The notes under the pieces are model-generated. The model saw only the letters and a program-made list of their open reading frames with translations. It made no database searches and was not told the DNA's origin. From an uncultured Candidatus Saccharibacteria bacterium (GTDB taxonomy: Bacteria; Patescibacteriota; Dojkabacteria; GCA-002793355): a stretch of 64,000 nt of DNA. The position numbers and the translations under genes are program-made. Location: NCBI GenBank assembly GCA_964525295.1, contig CAZGEO010000001.1, positions 504,662 to 568,661 of the forward strand, given 5' to 3'. This document shows, piece after piece, positions 1 through 9,411 of the stretch; position 1 is the first letter of the stretch; the number at the start of each line of letters is the position of its first letter.

Positions 1-2009
1 TGATTCGACCTAATGGCAAACGTTGTAATATTTGAATCATTGCCAAGTTCGATAGTAAAATTTTTGACCAACTCAGCATCTGAAATACGCACAATACCAT
101 TGACACGATCATATTTACTATTACACTCACCTACTTTTGCAGTAACCTCCGACACGATGGCAGCTATTGACTGTTTTACTTTGTCAGTCTTGATCTTACC
201 AATAATCGCTTTTTCTTTATCAAATACCGGTTGAGCTTCTGCAGCACAAAGTTCCAATTGCTTTTCTGTGTCTTCTTTATCGATAGGAACGATATTTTGT
301 TCATAGAAACTAACAAACTTTGATTGAACCTGCTGAATCTCAGTCAACAATGACTTTTCTAACTTGTTCTGCGCATTAGTTGCACTAATGCGCCAAATAA
401 CAAACACCACAACTATCACAAAAATCAACCAGAAGCCTGGTGCAATTTTCTTTGGCCAAAGAACTGAAGGTTTACCTGAAAGATACATTTTTTGCGTGGT
501 GTCCGTAGACTTTTTGCCCACTAATGAAAGTATTTTTTCAATTAATAATCTGAACAGTCCACTAACCATTGCAATCGCAGATCTTACTGTTGGATGTCTC
601 GAAATCTTCGCCCACGGCGAATGCATTGATTTCAATTCTTGTACATAGTTGTTACTGCGCACATTTCCATTTGAAATTCTACCTATTGGCTGAGCTTTAA
701 CTGGTAGGGTTGATTCTTGCTTAATAATAGGAGCTGGCTCTTCTGAGATTGTTTCATCACCCCAATCTTGCGAAGTAAATTTTTTTAACTTCTCATCGGG
801 AGTTAAAACATCAGAAATCGATTCTACTTCTGACTTCTTCTCTTCTTCTTCTTTTACTGCATCATCAACGATTTCTTGGTACGTTCCTTTATCTAGAATC
901 ATTGCCGTCGTAACTTCTTCAGTAACTTCAAAATCATCAAAAGATACCGATCTATTTGCTACAGACTCAACTATCTCCTCTGACTCTTCTTCGGCAACCA
1001 CTTCAGAGTTTCGTGCCCTAATAACAGGGGGTGGAGCGACAAATCCTTGCACATTATTATTCTTTTCTAGCGGACTTTCTGCTACAGTTTCTTGTTCTTT
1101 GCCCTCAAACTCAAGTTCATCAATTTCTGGCGCAGGTTGTACTACTTCTTGAGGTTCAATGTTAGGCTCTATTGGCAAAGTAGCCTTCTCAGTAACAAGT
1201 TTTGGCTGAGAGACTTCAACAGGAACATCTTCCTCTTTTTTCTTCTTAAATCTGTCAAAGAAGGTGCCGACACTAGTAACAAATGATGAATATACTGCTT
1301 TTGCCCTGTCGATTGGCGAAGAAATTCCATTTTTTTGAACACTTGTTGTGCCAGCAACTTCCGCATCGCCAAGCGCAATGAGGAATAGTTTCTTGCTACC
1401 AAAAAGATTCTCTCTAAACGACTCAAGTGATTGCAGAAGAGCTTCAAGCGACGTCATTGCAAGCATATCAGCCTCGAAAGCATTACGAAGCAACGTTTTG
1501 TTGCCAAGCATTAAAACATCACCTCTATCGAGTTCTACTTCCAAGAACTTCAGGTCATATAACGATGCATTTGTTGGCACGAGCTTGCCCATATCTGCGA
1601 ACTTACTATTTCTAACGACGAAAATGTCAGCATCACCGAAACTAATGAGCTTTAGCATATACCCTTTTTCAGATGGAACTACATTGGCAAGTACAATATT
1701 TACATCAATACCTTCTTCTACGTTGAAGTTTCTAAGCAACTGAATAAACATCTTAATTGATGTTTTCAATGCTTGCTCAAAACCTACCGTGTAAAAATGA
1801 TCGTTAAAAGTTTCCCAAAAACGCTTTGTTATCTGTTCGTATACTGAATCGTCAACATCTCCCGAAAGAACCTCAAAGAACAATCCTATTCCACCGCTTT
1901 GCGCACGTAACGAATCGAGTGGATAATACCAGAAGATTCGAGAATAACTACCGCTCTCCAAATCATCTGAGAGGTATTGTTTTACTAAAAATGGGGCGTG
2001 TAAGCTCAT
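1..2009 (-). CDS. Large membrane protein, 5' part only (runs off window start): N-terminal PP2C/SpoIIE-like (possibly degenerate) domain, acidic low-complexity linker, one TM helix, extracytoplasmic C-terminal region
   Basis: Every codon of the minus-strand frame was checked and it is open from ATG at 2009-2007 to position 1 (669 codons, no TAA/TAG/TGA). Motifs ISFGDADIFVV and GDVLMLGNKTLL resemble PPM phosphatase motifs. The E/K-rich linker and the hydrophobic segment GFWLIFVIVVVFVIW are visible. The ORF track has no entry because the stop lies outside the window. Confidence 0.6.
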   Translation of the reverse strand, partial: MSLHAPFLVKQYLSDDLESGSYSRIFWYYPLDSLRAQSGGIGLFFEVLSGDVDDSVYEQITKRFWETFNDHFYTVGFEQALKTSIKMFIQLLRNFNVEEGIDVNIVLANVVPSEKGYMLKLISFGDADIFVVRNSKFADMGKLVPTNASLYDLKFLEVELDRGDVLMLGNKTLLRNAFEADMLAMTSLEALLQSLESFRENLFGSKKLFLIALGDAEVAGTTSVQKNGISSPIDRAKAVYSSFVTSVGTFFDRFKKKKEEDVPVEVSQPKLVTEKATLPIEPNIEPQEVVQPAPEIDELEFEGKEQETVAESPLEKNNNVQGFVAPPPVIRARNSEVVAEEESEEIVESVANRSVSFDDFEVTEEVTTAMILDKGTYQEIVDDAVKEEEEKKSEVESISDVLTPDEKLKKFTSQDWGDETISEEPAPIIKQESTLPVKAQPIGRISNGNVRSNNYVQELKSMHSPWAKISRHPTVRSAIAMVSGLFRLLIEKILSLVGKKSTDTTQKMYLSGKPSVLWPKKIAPGFWLIFVIVVVFVIWRISATNAQNKLEKSLLTEIQQVQSKFVSFYEQNIVPIDKEDTEKQLELCAAEAQPVFDKEKAIIGKIKTDKVKQSIAAIVSEVTAKVGECNSKYDRVNGIVRISDAELVKNFTIELGNDSNITTFAIRSN

Positions 2010-2012
2010 GTA

Positions 2013-2300
2013 CTAGAAGAGTAGCAAAAGTCCTAGGAAGATTGCAAGTCCCAGCACGGCAAAAAAATGAATTAACGCAATATATCGCATAACCCCCGAA
2101 CCTGGAGTAGAGAGGGTTAATGACAATATTCTGATTCGTAAATAAAGAAAAAGTGCGAAGAACACATACATTGCAATAACAATAATGATGAGGAACTTCA
2201 ACCCGTACGAGACAAATAACCCAGCTGTCTCACTCAAATCAAGATCCATTATACTAAAGTTCGTCGTCAGGGATGGCGCCATTTTGCTTCTCATTCTCAA
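2013..2300 (-). CDS. Small two-TM membrane protein (start probably at an internal Met near 2249)
   Basis: Hydrophobic 78-95 aa ORF packed between two minus-strand genes. Its stop TAG sits 3 nt before the next gene's ATG. Confidence 0.4.
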   Translation of the reverse strand: MRMRSKMAPSLTTNFSIMDLDLSETAGLFVSYGLKFLIIIVIAMYVFFALFLYLRIRILSLTLSTPGSGVMRYIALIHFFAVLGLAIFLGLLLLF

Positions 2301-2883
2301 CTAAGTCCATAATAATATCTTGAACATCTCTTGCCTTCGGCATATTTTTAAGTTCAAAATTTTCTTTGTGCGAGGCCGTCAAAATCACGAGATTTGCCAT
2401 GTCAAACAAGGTATTAATGAATCCTGGAGTCGAATACGACACATCTTGAACAGCACGTAACATGGTTGTGCTCCAACGTGATTCAGTAATCGAATCGAAA
2501 TCGAGATCTACAATACGACTAGAAGTGATTAAGGTTACAGTAAAATACCACTTGAAAAAATCATAAATCAGTGAGGTTAATGCAATACCTGAACCCCCAA
2601 CGAGTAATGCAAAAGAGATTCCAAGCAATTGCGTATACGATGCGAATGCGGTATTTAGTGCCCACACAATCAAGCCAATAAGAAAGAACGTTCCAATTCC
2701 TCTAAGGAAACCAGGGATCAAAACAATTGGATGTTGGCGTAAAAACAGAATAATCTGCTCTTCATTATCACGCCCATCGAAGTTGACATTTTCTGGATAC
2801 ACACGAACAGCATCAAGCAGACGTATTCGTGAAAGTTGTTGGACCTTTGAATACGAAGATTGACTAACTTTTATTTCAGCCAT
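2254..2883 (-). CDS. Membrane protein with bacterial PH-like (YdbS/YdbT-type) domain
   Basis: Two TM helices followed by a soluble domain. Its start overlaps the upstream SpoIID gene stop (2883). Confidence 0.55.
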   Translation of the reverse strand: MAEIKVSQSSYSKVQQLSRIRLLDAVRVYPENVNFDGRDNEEQIILFLRQHPIVLIPGFLRGIGTFFLIGLIVWALNTAFASYTQLLGISFALLVGGSGIALTSLIYDFFKWYFTVTLITSSRIVDLDFDSITESRWSTTMLRAVQDVSYSTPGFINTLFDMANLVILTASHKENFELKNMPKARDVQDIIMDLVENEKQNGAIPDDEL

Positions 2884-4913
2884 TAGTTGTACTCAATTTT
2901 TATCTCAGTATTTGCAGGAACTGTTTTTATAACTGAATTTCCATCAGAAATCTGGATTTCGGCCCTTGACGTTACCGTCATAACCCGAGAACCGACCTTT
3001 GATAGTGCAATTCTTACGTTTCTGCCTATATCGTATTGTACTACATTTGCCCCATTATAGTAATAGGAAAGTATCGACTTATAGGACTGCCCTGCTTGAG
3101 CTCGCCCCTGAGCACCGTACTGACTCATCCCAACGCGATGGCCATAACCACGTGACCACATTTGCCAATCTTCAGAAGAAACCTTTTTTATATCGTACAG
3201 GCTCGACCATAGCGAATTATTCCCAGGAGAACGAACATTATATGAGGTCTTAAACCCTACTCCCGAAATTCGCATCGTTCCTTTTGCTCCGGTTACTTCA
3301 ATAAATGAGGTCTGTTTTGTGTTCTCAACAATTGTTTTACCCCCCTGATCGTAAATTTGCTCAACCTTGTCTATTGCACCAATTTTATTTTGTATTGAAT
3401 TTGCACCAAGTGCCGAAGCTAACGCAGATGCAGACTGCTCTCCAGTAGTTTTAACCGTTTTGTGAATATCGTAATATATCGCGCCATTCAAGTAATCTGT
3501 CATAAGTGCCATCGTATTCGTATGAGTTTGTTTCAACCAATACGAGAGAGAGCCATTTCCATAAGGCTTCCAATTTCCTTCAGCATCTTGGTATCTATCT
3601 GGTTTTGCCTGCAAATAATCACGATATCCTCCAAAAGAAGGAGATTCATTAGAAGCTAAGGTGTGCCCACCAGTTTCTGCTGAATACAATGCTTGAATGA
3701 TAGAACCATTGTGAGAAGCTACTTCTTTAGTTGTGCTATCTACCGCTGATTTCCAATTATTTCCCGAGGCACCCTTAATTTTTGAAGTTCCTACGTAATC
3801 TTGATCACGAACTGAATCATAAAGATCAAATGCTCCATATCCGCCACGTTGCATTTTATATACTGCGTAACTTCTCCCCGCAACTGCTTGCACTTTCAAC
3901 GCTTCACTATGCCACGAGGATGGCATTTCACCGAGCCCATAAAGATATTGATCGAGAGGAAGTTCGTTAATTGCAAAAATTCCTGAATTTTTATTGAATT
4001 CGATAACACCAAAATATTCAGTAGTCCACGCTCCTTTAAGTGTTATTTCATTATTTGCCGACCTAACACGAACAATATTATTGGTTCTTTGCAATAAACT
4101 ACCTCCAACGAGTATAGAAATTGCTCCAGATGGATTCGGTGTTACCGCCGGAGGAGCAGTTGAGCCCCCACCCGCCCCAGAACCTGACCCGCCACTTGGA
4201 GGTTGAACTGAGTTTGCTTTTTGATTCAATATTGCCTGCGCAGCTTTTGAAAGATTTGATATATCTGAAACCAAACTATTTCTTTGTGCATAATTTTTCG
4301 CCAAAGCAGCTGCCAATTGAGCTTGTTGATTTTCTAAATCTGCAATTTTCTGATTAACATCTGAAAGTGACGCTTGTAACTGCTTTTGCTCATTTGCAAT
4401 AGAACTTTTACGTTCTGCTAAGGCAGTTTGCTGCGTTAAAAGATACTCTCGCTCGTTGCTAAGTAACTTCTCTTGAACATTATAAAAGAGTAACTTGTCT
4501 AACAAACGTGCCAAATCAGCAGTTTCAAACAATGTAATTAGCAGACTCTTTTGCGATTCTACGTAAAACAAAGCTTGTTGTAGTGAATGTTTTTTTGCCA
4601 AATCGGCCAATTGCGCTTCTTGGTCTTTTGAGGCACTCTCTAAAGATGATAAATCTGCATTCATTGAAGCTACAAGCGCTTCTAGCTTCTCTTTGTCTTT
4701 CTTTAATTCTGAAATTTTTGTGGAAATACTCTGCTTTGATGATGCAGTTGTTGAAATTTCTTTCATTATTGCATCGAGTTCACGTTGCTTTTGTGATTTT
4801 TGTTGCGCAATCTCTTCTTCTGTTTGAGCATATACTGAGGCGCCTTTAATAACAACCCCGCTAATTATGACAAATAATAAAAGAAGTAGGAGTAATGCGC
4901 GGGGAGTTCTCAT
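2883..4913 (-). CDS. SpoIID/LytB-domain protein with long N-terminal coiled-coil (EnvC-like) region and Gly/Ser/Pro linker
   Basis: Signal/TM at the N-terminus and a Q/K/E-rich coiled coil. A C-terminal SpoIID signature LYGLGEMPSSWHSEALKVQAVAGRSYAVYK is present. Confidence 0.8.
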   Translation of the reverse strand: MRTPRALLLLLLLFVIISGVVIKGASVYAQTEEEIAQQKSQKQRELDAIMKEISTTASSKQSISTKISELKKDKEKLEALVASMNADLSSLESASKDQEAQLADLAKKHSLQQALFYVESQKSLLITLFETADLARLLDKLLFYNVQEKLLSNEREYLLTQQTALAERKSSIANEQKQLQASLSDVNQKIADLENQQAQLAAALAKNYAQRNSLVSDISNLSKAAQAILNQKANSVQPPSGGSGSGAGGGSTAPPAVTPNPSGAISILVGGSLLQRTNNIVRVRSANNEITLKGAWTTEYFGVIEFNKNSGIFAINELPLDQYLYGLGEMPSSWHSEALKVQAVAGRSYAVYKMQRGGYGAFDLYDSVRDQDYVGTSKIKGASGNNWKSAVDSTTKEVASHNGSIIQALYSAETGGHTLASNESPSFGGYRDYLQAKPDRYQDAEGNWKPYGNGSLSYWLKQTHTNTMALMTDYLNGAIYYDIHKTVKTTGEQSASALASALGANSIQNKIGAIDKVEQIYDQGGKTIVENTKQTSFIEVTGAKGTMRISGVGFKTSYNVRSPGNNSLWSSLYDIKKVSSEDWQMWSRGYGHRVGMSQYGAQGRAQAGQSYKSILSYYYNGANVVQYDIGRNVRIALSKVGSRVMTVTSRAEIQISDGNSVIKTVPANTEIKIEYN

Positions 4914-4971
4914 TAATTATTATACCACGAACAAGATATTGACCTTTTTATCGTAGGTATTTGAAATCGAA

Positions 4972-5343
4972 CTAATTTGTAGGTAAGGTCAGCTTGAATA
5001 GCGACCCGACTCCACCGGTAAAATTGACGACACCTGTTGCAAGCCCAATAAGAAGAAAACCCACTAATGCGACAACATATCCAATAATTGCATAAAACAA
5101 AACTTGTGACGACTGCTTCACTGCCTGAGGATTATCCATTGCGAGCAAGCGCATACCGCCTGCATAAGCGATCATTATCACGAGAAGAACTAGAGCAACA
5201 GTAAACAGAAATGTATTAATTAGATTGACGCCAAGTGCCAAGACACTGGCGAGAGTTGGTGGCTCGTAAGTAGGAAAACCATTCTGCCCAGCATTCCCAA
5301 CATCTACACTAAACAAAAAATTTGCTAGTTTTGATAATGGCAT
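4972..5343 (-). CDS. T4SS pilin-like (TrbC/VirB2-family-like) small membrane protein
   Basis: 123 aa with two TM helices, in the same family as the five paralogs in this window. Confidence 0.6.
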   Translation of the reverse strand: MPLSKLANFLFSVDVGNAGQNGFPTYEPPTLASVLALGVNLINTFLFTVALVLLVIMIAYAGGMRLLAMDNPQAVKQSSQVLFYAIIGYVVALVGFLLIGLATGVVNFTGGVGSLFKLTLPTN

Positions 5344-5359
5344 CTGTATGTGTAATCAA

Positions 5360-5719
5360 TTACTGAGCTTCTGTTGGTAATGCAATTGCATCGCTATCAA
5401 CACCAAGTTGTCTCAAAATGAATGAAACTAAGAAGTATGCTGCAAATGCTACCAATAAACCTACAATTGCGTTAGTAATACTTGACATTGCAGTCTTTGC
5501 TTTTTGTGCATCACCTTGGCTGGTTACATATTGCAACCCTGCAAACATAATATAGACAACTGCTGCAATAACAACAACGATCAAAATTGTGTCAAGAATT
5601 TTCTTTACTAAATCGTTTGCATTACCGGTAACGCCAGTATCTGGAGCCCAGCTTGATGCCTGAACTGATGGAATTACGATGTCTTTAATGTACTCTATTG
5701 GGTTGATCATTTGTTGCAT
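5360..5719 (-). CDS. T4SS pilin-like small membrane protein
   Basis: 119 aa. Motif TSQGDAQKAKTAMSSITNAIVGLLVAFAAYFLV matches the GGDP/GDP-K-x-A-x-I-G-L core shared with the 11598-12602 paralogs. Confidence 0.65.
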   Translation of the reverse strand: MQQMINPIEYIKDIVIPSVQASSWAPDTGVTGNANDLVKKILDTILIVVVIAAVVYIMFAGLQYVTSQGDAQKAKTAMSSITNAIVGLLVAFAAYFLVSFILRQLGVDSDAIALPTEAQ

Positions 5720-5824
5720 AACTATGTTATTTCGCTATTTTAACAAGACTTAGCCCGCTCGTCAAATAATACCGCACAATTTTTCAGTATCGATTTGCGA
5801 CCTACGTTAATTAGAACTAAGTAA

Positions 5825-5854
5825 TTGTTAAATGGTTCGAACAGCTTGTATAAT
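5825..5854 (+). promoter_or_regulatory. Sigma70-like promoter of metG (TTGTTA -35, TGtATAAT extended -10), leaderless
   Basis: TTGTTA at 5825-5830, TG at 5847-5848, TATAAT at 5849-5854, and ATG at 5861 only 6 nt downstream. Confidence 0.5.
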
Positions 5855-5860
5855 ACTTTA

Positions 5861-7330
5861 ATGAGCAAGTTTTACATCACAACAACATTACCTTACGTTA
5901 ATGCACTGCCACATATTGGGCATACCCTCGAATTTTTGCAAGCAGATGTTATTGCTCGCTACATGCGTACTAGAGTTGGCGCTTCAGAAGTTTTCTTTAA
6001 CATAGGCACAGATGAACATGGGCAAAAAATATATACGAAAGCAATCGAAGAAGGGTTAACTCCCCAAGAATTTGTCGATAAATATGTATCAGGCTGGAAA
6101 GATTTTTGTGAGCTATATCAGATATCATATACAAACTTCTACCGTACAAGTGACCAGAGACATGTAGAGCTAGCAAAAAAGTTATGGCAGATACTCGTCG
6201 ATAAAGGGCAGATTTACAAAAAAAAATATGCAGGCCTCTATTGTGTAGGTTGCGAATCGTTCAAAATGGAGAAAGAATTGGTAGATGGCAAATGTCCCGA
6301 TCACGATAAAGCACCAATACCAATGGAAGAAGAGAACTATTTCTTAAAACTTTCAGAGCACACAGAGAAAATCCTTGATCATATCGAAAAAAACAAAGAA
6401 TTCGTAAAAAGTCCCGAGAAACAGAAACATCTCGTGAATTTTCTCAAAGAAGGATTGCAAGATATAAGCGTTTCTCGATTGAAAGAGAAGCTACCTTGGG
6501 GAATTGACATTCCAGGCGACGATAAGCAAGTAATGTATGTTTGGCTAGATGCGTTGAGTAACTATATTTTTGCAGTAGATTATCTGCAAAATGAGGAAAA
6601 TTACAAAAAATTATGGCCAGGTGTACAAATCTGTGGGCCTGACAATCTCAAATTTCAAGGCGCTATTTGGCAAGGAATCCTCGCAGCTCTTGAAGAGCCA
6701 TTTACCAAAAAGATTCTTGTACATGGGATGATCAACGATGAACATGGACGAAAAATGAGTAAAACACTCGGAAATGTAATATCTCCTTTTGAAATTCTTG
6801 AAAAATATGGGCTTAAAGCAGTTCGCTACTACCTAACAGTCGGCATTCCAACATACGATGATGCTGCATTTTCAGAAACACGCCTAGTGGATCTTTACAA
6901 TGATGGCTTGGCTGATAAATACGGTAACCTTCTAAACAGGGTAATTCACTTGGCTAATAAAAATTCCATTACGTTGGGGCTAGAAACTGAAAAAGACCCT
7001 GAAATTGTAGAAAAAGTTAATGCCACAATGAAACGCTATCATGAATTAATGGGAGAATATGAGCTATCCGAAGCTTTTCAGTGTATCTATGAACTATCAA
7101 GTTTCGGAAATGAATACATCTCTATCAAGCAACCTTGGGGAAAAGACAAATCAATTAATGAAATTACCGTAGTTCTCAATTCCCTTGCCTACATACTAGA
7201 AGCTGTAATTGCTGGATACGAACCAATATTATTGGAGACTACACAAATCGCAAAAGATGCGCTTAAATCACAATCTCCAGTAATTCTATTCGACAAAATA
7301 ACTGTTTCACCATCTGAACCAAAAGAATAA
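5861..7330 (+). CDS. metG: Methionyl-tRNA synthetase
   Basis: Class I HIGH motif PHIGH and KMSKS (KMSKTLGN) are present. The start is placed at Met13 (5861) because the track start 5825 coincides with the -35 box. Confidence 0.9.
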   Translation: MSKFYITTTLPYVNALPHIGHTLEFLQADVIARYMRTRVGASEVFFNIGTDEHGQKIYTKAIEEGLTPQEFVDKYVSGWKDFCELYQISYTNFYRTSDQRHVELAKKLWQILVDKGQIYKKKYAGLYCVGCESFKMEKELVDGKCPDHDKAPIPMEEENYFLKLSEHTEKILDHIEKNKEFVKSPEKQKHLVNFLKEGLQDISVSRLKEKLPWGIDIPGDDKQVMYVWLDALSNYIFAVDYLQNEENYKKLWPGVQICGPDNLKFQGAIWQGILAALEEPFTKKILVHGMINDEHGRKMSKTLGNVISPFEILEKYGLKAVRYYLTVGIPTYDDAAFSETRLVDLYNDGLADKYGNLLNRVIHLANKNSITLGLETEKDPEIVEKVNATMKRYHELMGEYELSEAFQCIYELSSFGNEYISIKQPWGKDKSINEITVVLNSLAYILEAVIAGYEPILLETTQIAKDALKSQSPVILFDKITVSPSEPKE

Positions 7331-7780
7331 TATCGCTCTTACTGTCAATCAGAACGATTTGAGAGATTGATTCACAGACGCAGAGATATACTGCCTGTGG
7401 AATTTTCAGAACAAAATGAGTGATGTGGACAACTTGCCCGAGAGAATATTTATGATGCGGAAAACAAGAAATTATTTTGTCTCTCTTCGAATTTGCACAT
7501 AAATCCTCACAATTTCAATAGAAAATGCGACTTCTATAAATATATACCCACAACTAACCAATTATGACTGAGTTCAATTTCCACAGAATGCGAAGAACGC
7601 GAAAAGTAATCCACGAGATATCCACACGCAAAAAACAGATAATTAATTCCAATATATCAGATGGAATTGAAACAACACCACAAATCCACACTCCCTACTA
7701 CCACTTCTATAAATATAAATAGAGTAAGAAAACAAACAGTTCTGTGATAAAATCAGAATAATAATTTATTCGGAGAAGTT
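7331..7780. other. Candidate chromosomal replication origin (oriC): AT-rich 450-bp non-coding region with about 8 DnaA-box-like TCCACA-core 9-mers, immediately upstream of dnaN
   Basis: Sites include atgtggaca (7423), atatccaca (7618), taatccacg (7608), aaatccaca (7682), tttccacag (7580), tacccacaa (7547) and ctgtggaat (7396). Gene orientation switches from minus to plus around 5.7-7.8 kb. Confidence 0.5.
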
Positions 7781-8935
7781 ATGGAGTTTAAGATCGGGGC
7801 TGAAGTCCTTTCAAGTTACGTCAATATCGTAAGTCGCGTAGTGAATGCAAAAGCAAACCTGCCTCTTCTTAATAATATCCTTATTGATGTCTCTAAAGAC
7901 ACCATCCTTCTTTCGGGTACTGACCTAGAAGTGCAAATTACTGCAGCTGCACAATTAAACACAAAAGAAGCCGGTAAAACATCTGTTAATGCAAGAATGT
8001 TTGCCCAGTATGTGAATACTATTCCAAAAAGCGAAACATTAACTATTTCTCAAGAAAAAGGATTACTGAAAGTATCTTCTGGTGTGGGCTCAGCTGAGTT
8101 TGCAACTCGTGAAGTTGAAGACTTCCCTCTCTTTGAAGATACTGAAATGCTTCAATTATTTGAGATCCCTGCAGAATCTTTTGCTACAATGGTCGACAAA
8201 ACGATTGTTGCTTGTGCTAAAAATGATATCCGCCCAATTTTGACAGGTGTTAATGTAGAAATAGATGGTGATTCAGTAACCTTCGTCGCTCTAGATACTT
8301 TTAGACTTTCAAAGATTTCGACCACGTCACAATCTAAATATGTTGGAAAAAAACAGGTTGCAATTCCAGCAGCTGCAATGGAGAATATGGTAAGAATCGT
8401 TCGCGACTCGTTTATTTCTTCTCTTGCTGACTCTCCTATTGTGTCTTGTAAACTTGCTTCTTCTGGTAATTTCGTGTTGTTGCAGTATGGTGAAGTAAAG
8501 TTGTATGCACGCTTGATAGAAGGCGAATACCCTGAATATAAAGCAGTAATTCCAGTAGCTCATCAAATGGAAGCAACTGTTAATCGTGTCGCTTGGTTGG
8601 AATCATTGAAGCGTGTTGGTGTTTTCGCTCAATCTGCAATTAACCAGAAAGTTATCTTGTCATTTGATTCAGGAAAGATTGTAATGGAATCTCAGGTGCC
8701 TGAAATTGGTAATATTCGTGAAGAATTGGAGGCGACAATTGATGGCGCGACACTTCGTGTCGCCTTCCAAATTAAGTATCTCACTGATATTTTGACACTT
8801 GTTTCTGATGAAGCTGTTATATTTAGGGCATCGATTACAGGAACTGCTCCGCAAGAATTCATCAAAGGTTCATTCTTAGAACCATCTCAGGAGACCTTCC
8901 TGCATATTTTAATGCCTCTTAAGTTAGACGAGTAA
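7781..8935 (+). CDS. dnaN: DNA polymerase III beta sliding clamp
   Basis: 384 aa with a typical DnaN N-terminus (MEFKIGAEVLSSYVNIVSRVV...LLSGTDLEVQI). An SD GGAG lies 6 nt upstream. Confidence 0.9.
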   Translation: MEFKIGAEVLSSYVNIVSRVVNAKANLPLLNNILIDVSKDTILLSGTDLEVQITAAAQLNTKEAGKTSVNARMFAQYVNTIPKSETLTISQEKGLLKVSSGVGSAEFATREVEDFPLFEDTEMLQLFEIPAESFATMVDKTIVACAKNDIRPILTGVNVEIDGDSVTFVALDTFRLSKISTTSQSKYVGKKQVAIPAAAMENMVRIVRDSFISSLADSPIVSCKLASSGNFVLLQYGEVKLYARLIEGEYPEYKAVIPVAHQMEATVNRVAWLESLKRVGVFAQSAINQKVILSFDSGKIVMESQVPEIGNIREELEATIDGATLRVAFQIKYLTDILTLVSDEAVIFRASITGTAPQEFIKGSFLEPSQETFLHILMPLKLDE

Positions 8936-9409
8936 TTGCGCATGCAATCCAAGCAGGGTGAGAACCCGCAACTAACATTGGCAGTTAAAGTTAATCCATT
9001 TCAATCGTGGTTAATTTCAACGAAAAAGGCAATTCGCCATATTAAGTATTCACCAGTTTTATTACTGATAAGAAACTTCCTTTTTTGGGTTCAACTCGGC
9101 ATAGTTTTTATGTCGTTTCTTGTGAGAATTCTTTTTGCTGAAAAATTACAGGTAAGTTTTGCAGTTTTAAATATGGCTGCGTCAACCGTTCAAGGATTTG
9201 TATCTAAATCAGTTCGTTCACTTGCGCAGGTTGATGAACTTCTTTTGCTTATTTCTGGTGTGACCGTACTGTCGTGGATCGTTGCGGTCGCCTTTTACTC
9301 TTTTGGCAAGCAAGGTATTGTTCCGTATGTTTTAGTTTCAGCAATATTAATTATTTTATTGTTGGTCAAAATAATTGTGACTCCAATCTTACTTTTAGGA
9401 ATTAACTAA
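8936..9409 (+). CDS. Hypothetical polytopic membrane protein (TTG start abutting dnaN stop)
   Basis: Hydrophobic 157-aa ORF in the operon context. Confidence 0.4.
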   Translation: MRMQSKQGENPQLTLAVKVNPFQSWLISTKKAIRHIKYSPVLLLIRNFLFWVQLGIVFMSFLVRILFAEKLQVSFAVLNMAASTVQGFVSKSVRSLAQVDELLLLISGVTVLSWIVAVAFYSFGKQGIVPYVLVSAILIILLLVKIIVTPILLLGIN

Positions 9410-9411
9410 TT

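Noticed and set aside
1092-2092. Plus-strand ORFs 1092..1286, 1348..1743, 1427..1615 and 1826..2092, plus minus-strand 1169..1447
   Set aside because: All lie inside, or antisense to, the verified 669-codon minus-strand frame (1..2009). They have low-complexity, Ser/Leu-rich translations typical of spurious antisense ORFs.
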